A stretch of DNA of 64,000 bases from a candidate division WWE3 bacterium RAAC2_WWE3_1 (lineage in GTDB: Bacteria; Patescibacteriota; WWE3; UBA101185; UBA10185), in NCBI GenBank assembly GCA_000503835.1, contig CP006914.1, forward strand, positions 239,341 through 303,340. The letters run 5' to 3'. The notes beneath the pieces are model-generated. The model had not been told where the DNA came from. It saw only the letters and a program-made list of their open reading frames with translations, and made no database searches. Within the stretch, counting starts at the first letter, position 1. Every line of letters starts with the position of its first letter. A program made the translations under genes and the position numbers. Below, in pieces: positions 51,562-60,525 of this stretch.

Positions 51562-52623
51562 ATGCCAAAATTTACGTTAAAAAAACTTATCAAATATCTG
51601 CTAATCGGCATACCCGTAGCTTTAATACTCTGGTTTTTCTTACTTAGGCCAAAACAACTCACGTCGCTTGTAAGAAAGGTCGAAACCGAGAACAGAATAG
51701 TGTCGCGAACCGTCTCGGCAAGCGGTCAGGTTAAAGCTAATAAGCAGGCCGATCTTACGTTTATGTCAGCGGGAAAGATTTCGGAAATTTTAGTTAAAAA
51801 GGGTGATGACGTAAAACAGGGTCAACTCCTGGCTTATCTTGACGGTTCAACCCAGTTTCAGACCAGCCAATCCTATAAGGACGCCCGTGACGTCGCTATA
51901 AGAAATAAAGAACTATATGAAAAAGAAAAAGAAACCAACATCAAGACCCTCGGCGGAGAGGATGCGTATAGTATAAAAATAAGGCAGCTGAGTGAACTTG
52001 TAAGCCAGGCAGAGGCGTCATATCAAGCTCAATTGTCTATACTCAATAACTCTTATATTTACGCTCCGTTTGACGGAACAATTATCGAAGTTAACAAAAA
52101 GGCTGGCGAGACGGCTGTAATAGGCGAAGCAGTTATTACGCTAGCGAATGTGAGCAAATTCGTTTTTGAAATATCAATAGACCAGGAGGATTTCGGATAT
52201 ATTAAATTAGAACAGCCGGTTAAAATAAATCTGGATTCCTACGATTCATTCGATATCTACGCTAAGATAGACCAGCTTCCTCTCACGGCAAACACCGCTA
52301 CCGGAGTTTTTGATATAGAAATACCTGTCGCGGGAGATGCAGAACATAGACTGGCAATAGGAATGTCTGGCGACGCTTATATTGATGTCCTGAGTACCGG
52401 AAACGATGTCCGTGCGCTCACAATAGACGAAATATTTTACGACGTTTCGGACAACCCGTTTGTGTGGATCGTGGAAAACGGTAAGCTCAAAAAACTTTAT
52501 GTCGAGCTTGGTGTAGAGGGAGACATTTACACAGAGGTAAAAACTGACGTGAAAGAAGTTGTTATTCCGGCAGAAGACAATCAAAAACTTACCGAAGGAT
52601 ATTTCGCTAAAGTTATAAACTAG
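51562..52623 (+). CDS. Efflux transporter periplasmic adaptor subunit (HlyD/MacA family)
   Basis: N-terminal TM, coiled-coil hairpin, lipoyl-like motif YAPFDGTIIEVNKKAGE. It is followed by an ABC ATPase and an FtsX-like permease. Confidence 0.7.
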   Translation: MPKFTLKKLIKYLLIGIPVALILWFFLLRPKQLTSLVRKVETENRIVSRTVSASGQVKANKQADLTFMSAGKISEILVKKGDDVKQGQLLAYLDGSTQFQTSQSYKDARDVAIRNKELYEKEKETNIKTLGGEDAYSIKIRQLSELVSQAEASYQAQLSILNNSYIYAPFDGTIIEVNKKAGETAVIGEAVITLANVSKFVFEISIDQEDFGYIKLEQPVKINLDSYDSFDIYAKIDQLPLTANTATGVFDIEIPVAGDAEHRLAIGMSGDAYIDVLSTGNDVRALTIDEIFYDVSDNPFVWIVENGKLKKLYVELGVEGDIYTEVKTDVKEVVIPAEDNQKLTEGYFAKVIN

Positions 52624-52624
52624 A

Positions 52625-53296
52625 ATGACTCCCGTATTACAAGCTCAAAATGTATCTAAGATATACGACATGGGTTCTACGAAAATAGAAGCCCTTATGA
52701 ACGTCGACATCGAAATCAATAAAGGAGAATTTGTTGCTATTGTGGGCAAATCAGGCTCGGGTAAATCCACCTTGATGCATATTCTGGGGCTTTTAGACAC
52801 TCCCACAGAAGGAGAAATAATCCTTAACGGAATTAACACTAAGGGTATGACGGAAAAAGAATTAGCAGGAGTTAGAAACAGCGAGATAGGTTTTGTTTTT
52901 CAGTCTTTTAACTTACTGCAGCGTACAACCGTTCTGGACAACGTTATCCTCCCTCTTAAATACAGCAGAGTGCCCAGTTCCGAGTGGGAAAAGAAAGCTA
53001 AAGATGTGATCGAAATAGTCGGGTTGCAGAACCGATTAAAAAATAAGTCGAACGAGTTGTCGGGTGGACAAAAGCAAAGGGTTGCAATTGCGAGAGCGAT
53101 GGTAAATGATCCCAGCATGATACTTGCCGATGAACCGACCGGAAATCTCGATACAAAGACCGGAGAGGAAATCATAAATAACTTTCTGAAATTAAATTCT
53201 CAGGGAAAAACGATAATTCTCGTCACGCACGATGACGATTTGGCAAAAATAGCCCAAAGAAAAATAATGTTAAAAGACGGCTGTATTGTTAAATGA
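52625..53296 (+). CDS. ABC transporter ATP-binding protein (MacB/LolD-type)
   Basis: Walker [10 protein letters not shown], signature [14 protein letters not shown], Walker [13 protein letters not shown]-loop. Confidence 0.9.
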   Translation: MTPVLQAQNVSKIYDMGSTKIEALMNVDIEINKGEFVAIVGKSGSGKSTLMHILGLLDTPTEGEIILNGINTKGMTEKELAGVRNSEIGFVFQSFNLLQRTTVLDNVILPLKYSRVPSSEWEKKAKDVIEIVGLQNRLKNKSNELSGGQKQRVAIARAMVNDPSMILADEPTGNLDTKTGEEIINNFLKLNSQGKTIILVTHDDDLAKIAQRKIMLKDGCIVK

Positions 53297-54474
53297 TCTA
53301 CGTTCCTGAAACAATTAAAAGTGCTTTGTCGGCCCTGGCGTTAAACAAAGTGAGAACGTTCCTGACGATGCTCGGTGTAATTATCGGCGTATTTTCCGTA
53401 GTAGCTCTGGTGGCCGTAGTACAGGGTTTTCAGAATTACATCACGGATCAGTTCGAATCGTTAGGTTCAAATTTGATATTGGTCACGCCTAAGATGAGCC
53501 AAGATCACGACCCCGGCAGAACTTTCATGGGGAATAGACTCAGTCTCAAAAACGTCGACACAATAAATCTATATGTCGGAGACAAAATAAGTGTGGTCAC
53601 GCCGTCGATACGTATCGCAAAAGTTGCGGAATATAAAAGTAAAGCTTATTCGGGGACAGTTGTAGGTGGAAATTACCAGTCATACTCCGTATATGGATTA
53701 GAAAAAGAATTCGGTTCCTACTATACAAAATCAGACGACTTGAATAAAGCTAATGTGGTGTTCATAAGCTCGGATGTTAAAAAAGAACTATTCGGAGATC
53801 GAAACCCGGTGGGTGAGAAGATCAAAATAGAAAATACAACTTTCGAAGTTCTGGGTGTTGCAAAACCAAAAAGTCCTACTTTCGATGACAGGATATTTAT
53901 GCCGGACACTTCACTGAAGGCGGCTTTTAACGTTGAGGTTTTGTCTAGTATTGCCGTAAAAGCCAAGGACGGCCAGGATCTTAACGAACTGATGCGCGAA
54001 ATAAAGCTGGCTTTGTTAAAAGACATGAAATCCGATGATTTTTCGGTTGTAACACAAAAAGATGTGCTGTCGTCCATAGATCAGATCTTAAGTGTCCTGT
54101 CTTCTGCGTTGGCCGCTGTAGCAGGTATCTCACTGCTCGTGGGAGGTATAGGAATCATGAATATAATGCTTGTTTCGGTCACGGAGCGCACCCGGGAAAT
54201 TGGGCTTAGGAAAGCGTTGGGTGCCACATCGAAGAACATAGGCGCACAGTTTTTGATTGAGGCCATAGTTATAAGCCTCGGCGGCGGTATCGTCGGATTA
54301 TCTCTCGGTTATCTTTCCACGCTGGCTGTAAGCAGCCTTGTACGGGCGGCAATACCCTGGTGGGCTATTGTACTGGCTCTGGGATTTTCTATATTGGTCG
54401 GCGTCATATTCGGAACTTATCCTGCCCTTAGTGCAAGTAAAAAAGACCCGATCGAATCCTTAAGATTTGAGTAG
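53293..54474 (+). CDS. ABC transporter permease (MacB-like, FtsX fold with periplasmic domain)
   Basis: N-terminal TM, large periplasmic domain, 3 C-terminal TM helices. It ends with the typical LRFE. 4-nt overlap with the ATPase gene. Confidence 0.8.
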   Translation: MIYVPETIKSALSALALNKVRTFLTMLGVIIGVFSVVALVAVVQGFQNYITDQFESLGSNLILVTPKMSQDHDPGRTFMGNRLSLKNVDTINLYVGDKISVVTPSIRIAKVAEYKSKAYSGTVVGGNYQSYSVYGLEKEFGSYYTKSDDLNKANVVFISSDVKKELFGDRNPVGEKIKIENTTFEVLGVAKPKSPTFDDRIFMPDTSLKAAFNVEVLSSIAVKAKDGQDLNELMREIKLALLKDMKSDDFSVVTQKDVLSSIDQILSVLSSALAAVAGISLLVGGIGIMNIMLVSVTERTREIGLRKALGATSKNIGAQFLIEAIVISLGGGIVGLSLGYLSTLAVSSLVRAAIPWWAIVLALGFSILVGVIFGTYPALSASKKDPIESLRFE

Positions 54475-54475
54475 A

Positions 54476-54919
54476 TTAGCGCGAAGCCTTTTCGTACACG
54501 AGCATGTAGTTCTTCCCGTCCATAAGATTCGTATCGTCCATTTTTAAGGTGATATCGGTATCGCCGTCGAGCATTTTCCACCGCATAGTTTCGGTAGACT
54601 TTATATTGTTTACATGGTCAATCTCACTGCCATACGAATAAGCGGTACGGTCGAATGAAAAATCCGCGTTATTCTCCTTGATTTTTAATAACAGATCGGA
54701 GGCTGAATCAACACTTTTTGATTGCTGAGTGTATATTTTTGTGTAAGCCGGGGCCTTTACGGTTAGTGACACGGTGATATTTTTTACTTCCGGATTTTCT
54801 TCTTCCAGCGTACCTGCCGTGGAGACCGGTACACCCTTTAAAACCGACCTGACATAAAAAAAGGAGAGTGTAAGAAAAACTATGTATAAAGGCACCAGAA
54901 GTTTGTTTAGCTTTTGCAT
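54476..54919 (-). CDS. Hypothetical membrane-anchored protein, 147 aa
   Basis: N-terminal TM (LLVPLYIVFLTLSFFYV); no motif. Confidence 0.35.
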   Translation of the reverse strand: MQKLNKLLVPLYIVFLTLSFFYVRSVLKGVPVSTAGTLEEENPEVKNITVSLTVKAPAYTKIYTQQSKSVDSASDLLLKIKENNADFSFDRTAYSYGSEIDHVNNIKSTETMRWKMLDGDTDITLKMDDTNLMDGKNYMLVYEKASR

Positions 54920-54978
54920 ACCGTTATTTTAGCAGATTGCGGTGGTATAATTTATTCGAATTGTAAGACTTTCTACTG

Positions 54979-55055
54979 GCCTCCATAGCTCAGCGGATCA
55001 GAGCACTCGTCTTCGGAACGAGGGGTCGGGGGTTCGAATCCCTCTGGGGGCGCCA
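54979..55055 (+). tRNA. tRNA-Arg (anticodon TCG), CCA encoded
   Basis: GCCTCCA acceptor pairing with TGGGGGC (one G-U). TAGCTCAGCGGA D-arm. Anticodon stem CTCGT/ACGAG, loop CTTCGGA. T-arm GGGGGTTCGAATCCCTC. Confidence 0.85.
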
Positions 55056-55145
55056 AGAAATTTTGATGGGACAATCCATGTTTCAAAAATACAAATATTT
55101 TATTAATATCCCATCACAATCAGACCGCGCAATGAGGAGAAACTT

Positions 55146-55766
55146 ATGTTAATAGCTTTCGAGGGAGGGGAAGGTTCGGGAAAAGGAACTCAAATCGAAA
55201 TGTTAAAGAAGTCTTTGGCAAACCTGGGATATGACGTTCTGGACATCATTGAACCCGGCGGAACGCCCGTAGGTCAGACAATAAGAAACATTTTGCTGGA
55301 TCGTAAGGACCTGGATATCCTTGGAATTACTGAAGTTTTTCTGTTCTCAGCCTCACGTGCTCAGCAGGTAAGAACCGTAACAAGGCCCGCGCTCAAGCAG
55401 GGAAAGATTGTTCTATCAGATCGCAGTTTCTACTCGACTTACGCCTATCAGGGAGCCGGTAGAAGGCAACCCAAAGAACTGCTCGAACAACTTACTAGTT
55501 TTGCCGTGGGCGAAACCACACCGGATTTAGTAATTTTACTCGATTTATCGCCGGAAGTCGGTCTAGCCAGAAAAAAGGACCAGAATAAAATTAACCGTCT
55601 GGACGCAGAGACTTTAGAGTTTCACAAAAATGTCCGTGATGCTTATCTCACAATGGCTGAAACGAACCCTAAACTGTGGAGGGTAGTTAACGCGGAGACC
55701 GGAGTTGAAGAAATTCATTCCCGTATTAAAACAATTGTCTTCGAAGCCCTGAAAATAGACAGATAG
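55146..55766 (+). CDS. tmk: Thymidylate kinase
   Basis: P-loop FEGGEGSGKGTQ, DR(Y/S) region LSDRSFYSTYAYQG, lid region. Confidence 0.9.
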   Translation: MLIAFEGGEGSGKGTQIEMLKKSLANLGYDVLDIIEPGGTPVGQTIRNILLDRKDLDILGITEVFLFSASRAQQVRTVTRPALKQGKIVLSDRSFYSTYAYQGAGRRQPKELLEQLTSFAVGETTPDLVILLDLSPEVGLARKKDQNKINRLDAETLEFHKNVRDAYLTMAETNPKLWRVVNAETGVEEIHSRIKTIVFEALKIDR

Positions 55767-55824
55767 TTTTGCAACAGTGCCTTCAAAACTCTGAAAAAGA
55801 TTTGGGCGTTAACCTTTTAGCAAT

Positions 55825-55853
55825 TTGAAACAGCCCGGTTTTTCATATACAAT
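55825..55853 (+). promoter_or_regulatory. Sigma70-like promoter TTGAAA-17 nt-TACAAT upstream of the 67-aa gene
   Basis: -35 TTGAAA at 55825-55830, a 17-nt spacer, -10 TACAAT at 55848-55853. RBS aaaggagag precedes ATG 55881. Confidence 0.4.
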
Positions 55854-55880
55854 CCCATTCACTAGAAAAGGAGAGTTAAA

Positions 55881-56084
55881 ATGCCCGATAGTATGATATT
55901 TGTGGAGCAGGTGATAAAGATGGTGTTGAAAGAGGAAGGCTCGATAGACAGGTCGGAGCTTATTCATAAAGTTGCTTTGCAAATGAAACTTCCCGAGCTC
56001 GAACCTTTCATAGAGTCGACGCTCGGTATCATGGTCGGTAACAAAAGCGTTAAAGTGGACGAGAATGGGAAAGTATACATCTAG
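55881..56084 (+). CDS. Hypothetical small protein, 67 aa
   Basis: Good RBS and promoter; no motif. Confidence 0.4.
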   Translation: MPDSMIFVEQVIKMVLKEEGSIDRSELIHKVALQMKLPELEPFIESTLGIMVGNKSVKVDENGKVYI

Positions 56085-56092
56085 TCAGATTC

Positions 56093-56677
56093 ATGAACGG
56101 ACATTCGGAAAATTTAAAAATCCCTATGTCCGTTTTCTTTTCTTGCTTAAACTGTCCCATAAAATATAATTTAAGGTATGAAACTAAAATAGCTGATTCT
56201 TTAATGGCAGGCGTAGGATTTGGAACAGCTTCGGGAATTATTACAACATTGGGCATGATAGTAGGACTTTATTCTTCATCGTCGGACAGGCTGGCTATAA
56301 TAGGAGGTATTTTTACCGTTAGCGTCGCAGATGCTTTATCAGATGCTTTAGGAGAGCATATTTCTGAGGAGTCGAAGAAACACCCAAGTATCGTGGACGT
56401 ACGCAACATTACCATTTCCACCTTTTTTTCTAAACTTCTAATCGGTCTTTCTTTTGTAATTCCCTTTATTCTTCTGCCTATAAACTCGGCTGTCGTGATC
56501 AGTGTTATTTATTCGGCCCTCGTTTTGACCATGCTGAGCCTGAGAATTTCAAAAAGGACTGGACAGAACCGGTACGAAGTAATAACCGAGCATTTGCTGA
56601 TAGGATTAGCCGTTGTCATCATTACCTTTTTTCTGGGAAAATGGGTAGAAACTGCTTTTGATAATACTTCGCTGTAG
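56093..56677 (+). CDS. Small membrane protein, possibly VIT1/CCC1-family (iron/manganese transporter-like)
   Basis: GVGFGTASGIITTLGMIVGL ... IGGIFTVSVADALSDALGEH resembles the conserved G-rich helix and acidic motif of VIT1/CCC1 proteins. The true start may be internal (M at 56206). Confidence 0.35.
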   Translation: MNGHSENLKIPMSVFFSCLNCPIKYNLRYETKIADSLMAGVGFGTASGIITTLGMIVGLYSSSSDRLAIIGGIFTVSVADALSDALGEHISEESKKHPSIVDVRNITISTFFSKLLIGLSFVIPFILLPINSAVVISVIYSALVLTMLSLRISKRTGQNRYEVITEHLLIGLAVVIITFFLGKWVETAFDNTSL

Positions 56678-56695
56678 TATAATTGGCGGGTTTGG

Positions 56696-56770
56696 GGACG
56701 TAGCTCAGTGGTAGAGCAACCGGCTCTTAACCGGTTTGTCGTGGGTTCAAATCCCACCGTCCTCACCATG
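56696..56770 (+). tRNA. tRNA-Lys (anticodon CTT), CCA encoded
   Basis: GGGGACG acceptor pairing with CGTCCTC. TAGCTCAGTGGTAGAGC D-arm. Anticodon stem ACCGG/CCGGT, loop CTCTTAA. T-arm GTGGGTTCAAATCCCAC. Confidence 0.85.
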
Positions 56771-56781
56771 AAAAATTTAAG

Positions 56782-56808
56782 GCTGCCGTAAGGTAGCCGT
56801 AATTTTTT
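56782..56808 (+). terminator. Terminator-like hairpin after tRNA-Lys (ggctgcc GTAA ggtagcc followed by taatttttt)
   Basis: 7-bp stem with one G-U pair, a GNRA-type loop, and a 6-T run. Confidence 0.4.
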
Positions 56809-57017
56809 GTAGATGAGGTGGGATGAGAATGCCGGACTGAGCGAAGGCGAAGGAGGCGGGGTCGACGGAATTCTCAGCAGAGAATTACCGGTGACCGAAT
56901 CCCTCCGTCCTCACCATGAAATTTTCCTGTACCACAAAAAATGTGAAGATTAGGAAGCTTGGATCTCGCCCTTCCTATTGATAAACGGTCAAATACTATA
57001 TAATCAGATTATAGAGA

Positions 57018-57102
57018 GCCAGAGTGGCGAAATTGGCAGACGCGCAGTCTTCAGAAGGCTGTATCGCAAGGTGTGTGGGTTCGAGTCCCACCTCTGGCAC
57101 CA
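57018..57102 (+). tRNA. tRNA-Leu (anticodon CAG), long variable arm, CCA encoded
   Basis: GCCAGAG acceptor pairing with CTCTGGC. GTGGCGAAATTGGCAGAC D-arm. Anticodon stem CAGTC/GGCTG, loop TTCAGAA. Extra arm ATCGCAAGGTGT. T-arm GTGGGTTCGAGTCCCAC. Confidence 0.85.
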
Positions 57103-57122
57103 GTATTTGATTAATTTTTAAA

Positions 57123-57581
57123 ATGAAAAATATAAAAATTGCCTTGGTGGTTACACTGGCTTTTGGCGCTTTATTTATTTCCTTCTACAATTTCTTCTAC
57201 TTAAGGAATCTTGAGAACAGATTAAGAGGCATCGAAAACAACCTGACAGGTAAAAGTTTGGAAGCAATCGATAACGTAGCCCCCGTAGAAAATCCGGTGG
57301 CTTTAGAGACCTTTGTAGGAACACTCAAAAAAGAGCCGATTCCGAAAGAGCTGGATTTGGGAGATTACTGGTACATTATCTATTTTGATGAACCGTACTT
57401 TCTTGAACTGAATGCCCGCGGCGTGCCCATGGACGTAAACAGACTCGAAGTCTACCCTCCGGAGCGTGAAGAGCAGGGAATGGATGCTTTTGACGGACAG
57501 CATGTGGAGATTAAGGGCAGTCTAACCTGGGGTTACGCCGAATCAAGAGTTATTCAGGCAGAAGAAATGGTGCTTAAATAG
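57123..57581 (+). CDS. Hypothetical membrane-anchored protein, 152 aa
   Basis: N-terminal TM (IALVVTLAFGALFISFYNFFYL); no motif. Confidence 0.4.
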   Translation: MKNIKIALVVTLAFGALFISFYNFFYLRNLENRLRGIENNLTGKSLEAIDNVAPVENPVALETFVGTLKKEPIPKELDLGDYWYIIYFDEPYFLELNARGVPMDVNRLEVYPPEREEQGMDAFDGQHVEIKGSLTWGYAESRVIQAEEMVLK

Positions 57582-57634
57582 GAGTTTAATCTAGTGCTTA
57601 AATAAGGACTATTCTGGTATAATTCCTCTTGTTT

Positions 57635-57721
57635 GGGCGAGTGGCGGAATTGGTATACGCGCAACGTTGAGGTCGTTGTCGGGTAAAACCGGTGCAGGTT
57701 CAAGTCCTGTCTCGCCCACCA
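57635..57721 (+). tRNA. tRNA-Leu (anticodon GAG), long variable arm, CCA encoded
   Basis: GGGCGAG acceptor pairing with CTCGCCC. Anticodon stem CAACG/CGTTG, loop TTGAGGT. Extra arm. T-arm GCAGGTTCAAGTCCTGT. Confidence 0.85.
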
Positions 57722-57764
57722 TTATAAAAAGCAGGCCGGCTTAAATCGTTATTTAATAATATAT

Positions 57765-59429
57765 ATGAGGTCACTACGCAAAATTTCTATCCTGCTTATT
57801 AGTTTTTCCATTTTTTTCACAGCCCGTGCGTCTGCCGAAGAATTAATCCGGTCTTTACAACTCGATTCTGTCGTAAATGAAGACGGGACCGTAAGTATCA
57901 CGGAAACCATTCTGTACGATTTTGGCAACGAACAGCGTCACGGAATTTTTAGATATATTCCCTACAAAAAGGTAAATCAGGACGAAAAGTCCTATGTTTT
58001 AGATATAAAAGTCGAAAAAATTACAGATGGAAAAGGAAACGACTATAAATACACCGAGACTAAATCCGGAAACGACTTAATGATAAAGATAGGTGACCCT
58101 AATAAAATTCTATCCGGTCAGCATATATATGTTATCTCATACGTAATCAGAGGAGGTCTGACTTACTTTGAGACCTACGATGAATTTTACTGGAATGGCG
58201 TAGGAAGCGGCTGGAAAATACCGATAAATTTTGTAACGGCCACTGTTAGTTTTAATCGGAATTTTGTAGAAGGAGAGTTGGACGGAGTATGTTACACAGG
58301 TCCGGTAGGAAGCACTGATAAATCTTGTACGATAAATAGGTTACAAAAAGGTATTACCTTTGCTGTTAGCCGTGTTAATCCGGGAGAGGCCTTTACTTTT
58401 GCAGTTAAATTTCCGAAAGGCTATGCGGCAGTATTAGAACCCATACAAGACAATCCTTCCATCATCCAATTGATTTTAATAGCTTTGGCGGGCATTGTGG
58501 CGGCTTGTTTTTACGTCTTTTTGCCGATTTTATTGCTAATTAAATGGTTGCGGGAGAAAAAGCACATTCAGGAGACGGCAAGGATTGTGGCCGCGTGGTT
58601 TTCTCCTCCCAAAACCTCTGATGGTGAATCCTTAACGCCTGTAGAAACAGCGATAACAGCAGATGTAACTGCCGGGGATAAGGCAGTCCCTGCTACTATA
58701 ATTTCTTTGGCTCAACGGGGTTATCTAAAAATTACACAAAAAGAAAGCAGAGAGTTCGTTTTTTCAAAGACCGAAAAGACAGGAGACGGTTTATTTAGAA
58801 AGTATGAAAATGATATTTATAACGCTATGTTTTCTGGTGACATTTTCGAAATATCTACAAAGGAATTGAGTAAAAAAGAGAGGTTCGGTGCGGCAGGAAC
58901 TTCGGTCGCAAATAATGCAGGAGATTATCTGAAAAAGAAAGGCGTTTTCAAATCCAATCCTGTGAATACGTCGATGGCATATTTGACTTTGGCAATAATG
59001 TCCTTTTTTGTGGGAAATGTGTTTTTAGCTGTGGTGTCCTTTATATTAGGAAGAAAAAGTCCGAGAAGACCCGATTCGGGAATTCAAACCTACTCTGAGG
59101 CGGTTTCTTTGAAGAACTTTTTAGTTAGTCAGGACCCGCAGTTTGATTTTCAGGCTCAGGAAATGATGTTCTTTGAGAGGCTTTTACCTTACGCAACTGC
59201 CTTTGGGGTGGAGGATGTCTGGCTCAAGCGGTTTAAAGATCTATATAGCACTAATCCTGAATGGTATCAGGGCGACGACTTTACCAGACTGGCCGTAATG
59301 AACACTGTAGTAAACAACTCGTTTCACAGCGCCAGTGCATCATCCAGGAGCTCTTCGGGCTTTAGCAGTGGATTTTCAGGTGGTTCGAGCGGTGGGGGTG
59401 GGGGCGGAGGCGGTGGAGGTAGCTGGTAA
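57765..59429 (+). CDS. DUF2207-family membrane protein (signal peptide, extracellular domain, TM helices, C-terminal poly-Gly tail)
   Basis: The signal peptide is ISILLISFSIFFTARASA. Central TM helices LILIALAGIVAACFYVFLPILLLI and LAIMSFFVGNVFLAVVSFILG are present. The C-terminus SSGFSSGFSGGSSGGGGGGGGGGSW is typical of DUF2207 proteins. Confidence 0.6.
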   Translation: MRSLRKISILLISFSIFFTARASAEELIRSLQLDSVVNEDGTVSITETILYDFGNEQRHGIFRYIPYKKVNQDEKSYVLDIKVEKITDGKGNDYKYTETKSGNDLMIKIGDPNKILSGQHIYVISYVIRGGLTYFETYDEFYWNGVGSGWKIPINFVTATVSFNRNFVEGELDGVCYTGPVGSTDKSCTINRLQKGITFAVSRVNPGEAFTFAVKFPKGYAAVLEPIQDNPSIIQLILIALAGIVAACFYVFLPILLLIKWLREKKHIQETARIVAAWFSPPKTSDGESLTPVETAITADVTAGDKAVPATIISLAQRGYLKITQKESREFVFSKTEKTGDGLFRKYENDIYNAMFSGDIFEISTKELSKKERFGAAGTSVANNAGDYLKKKGVFKSNPVNTSMAYLTLAIMSFFVGNVFLAVVSFILGRKSPRRPDSGIQTYSEAVSLKNFLVSQDPQFDFQAQEMMFFERLLPYATAFGVEDVWLKRFKDLYSTNPEWYQGDDFTRLAVMNTVVNNSFHSASASSRSSSGFSSGFSGGSSGGGGGGGGGGSW

Positions 59430-59460
59430 CCAGTTAGTGCCGCCGTTTAGGCCGTAGTTG

Positions 59461-59488
59461 TTGATTTTTAGACACCCTCCTTTATAAT
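59461..59488 (+). promoter_or_regulatory. Candidate promoter TTGATT-16 nt-TATAAT upstream of the tRNA-Gly/tRNA-Phe pair
   Basis: -35 TTGATT at 59461-59466 and -10 TATAAT at 59483-59488, 10 nt before the tRNA-Gly 5' end. Confidence 0.35.
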
Positions 59489-59498
59489 AACGTTGCAC

Positions 59499-59574
<76 letters not shown>

Positions 59575-59597
59575 GAAAATTTGTTAGTTGCCCACGT

Positions 59598-59673
59598 GGG
59601 GCGGTAGCCAAGTTGGTCAAGGCACCGGTCTGAAAAACCGGCTATGTGGGTTCGATCCCCACCCTCCCCACCA
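59598..59673 (+). tRNA. tRNA-Phe (anticodon GAA), CCA encoded
   Basis: GGGGCGG acceptor pairing with CCTCCCC (one C-U mismatch at 5-68). TAGCCAAGTTGGTCAAGGC D-arm. Anticodon stem CCGGT/ACCGG, loop CTGAAAA. T-arm GTGGGTTCGATCCCCAC. Confidence 0.8.
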
Positions 59674-59708
59674 AATATAGACGATAGTCTCTTTTTATTA
59701 ATCTAGTT

Positions 59709-60407
59709 GTGAATTTTCGACCATTAAACTTATCAATAAACGCCAATTCGAAAGTTTTGTTTATATATCCTCACCCTGACGATGAAACTTATGCTAATGG
59801 AGCTTTAATTCAAAGACTGACTATGAATAAGGTTAGTACTAAATGCGTCTGTCTAACGAAAGGCGGTGCATCTACATTACAGTATGGTATTGTGGGTAAT
59901 AATCTTGAGGAGATAAGACAAAAGGAGTTCATTTCTGTAATGAAATATCTAAATGTTTCAGATTACGAAATATTGGACCTTGAGGACAACAATCTTACCC
60001 AAAATACTAACCTGGCAGAGATAATTAAAGCCCAAATTAGTAGCTATAGTCCAACACACGTAATAACCTACGAGCCGATGGGAATTTATGGACATAAGGA
60101 CCACATTATAGTTTCAAAAGCGGTGTTTGACCTACAAAAAGACTATAAATTTGTACTCCTTTACTCGACTGTTTCTCCAAATTATAAACCGGATAAAGAC
60201 TCTTTAGCTATGGCAGAAAATCCTGAAAATATAAAACCTATAAAAAGAAATTTGGTTTTATACTTAACACCTGTGGAAATTATCGAAAAGTTAAAGGCTT
60301 TAAGTCTCTATAAGAGTCAAGTGAGCATTAAACATAACTTTATTCATAATTTAGTTCATGTGGTTTATCTAGCAAGAGAGTATTATTATAAAAAGGATTT
60401 AGTTTGA
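59709..60407 (+). CDS. PIG-L/LmbE-family N-acetylglucosaminyl deacetylase
   Basis: N-terminal LFIYPHPDDETYANGALI (the HPDDE zinc-binding motif of LmbE-like proteins) and a later HKDH. Confidence 0.75.
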   Translation: MNFRPLNLSINANSKVLFIYPHPDDETYANGALIQRLTMNKVSTKCVCLTKGGASTLQYGIVGNNLEEIRQKEFISVMKYLNVSDYEILDLEDNNLTQNTNLAEIIKAQISSYSPTHVITYEPMGIYGHKDHIIVSKAVFDLQKDYKFVLLYSTVSPNYKPDKDSLAMAENPENIKPIKRNLVLYLTPVEIIEKLKALSLYKSQVSIKHNFIHNLVHVVYLAREYYYKKDLV

Positions 60408-60525
60408 GGCAAAGATGTTGTGAGTGGACAAACTTGAGCCTGTTAAAAGTTCGCAACATCGTACAAGATAGTCCACCGTGGTTAAGCTTCTTTCACCCAC
60501 CGTTAAAAAAGAATAAAATATACAC

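Noticed and set aside
56810-56925. A second tRNA gene (or intron-containing tRNA) after tRNA-Lys
   Set aside because: Only the last ~23 nt resemble a tRNA. The upstream part lacks D-arm, anticodon-arm and canonical T-loop sequences, so it is a partial 3' duplicate rather than a gene.
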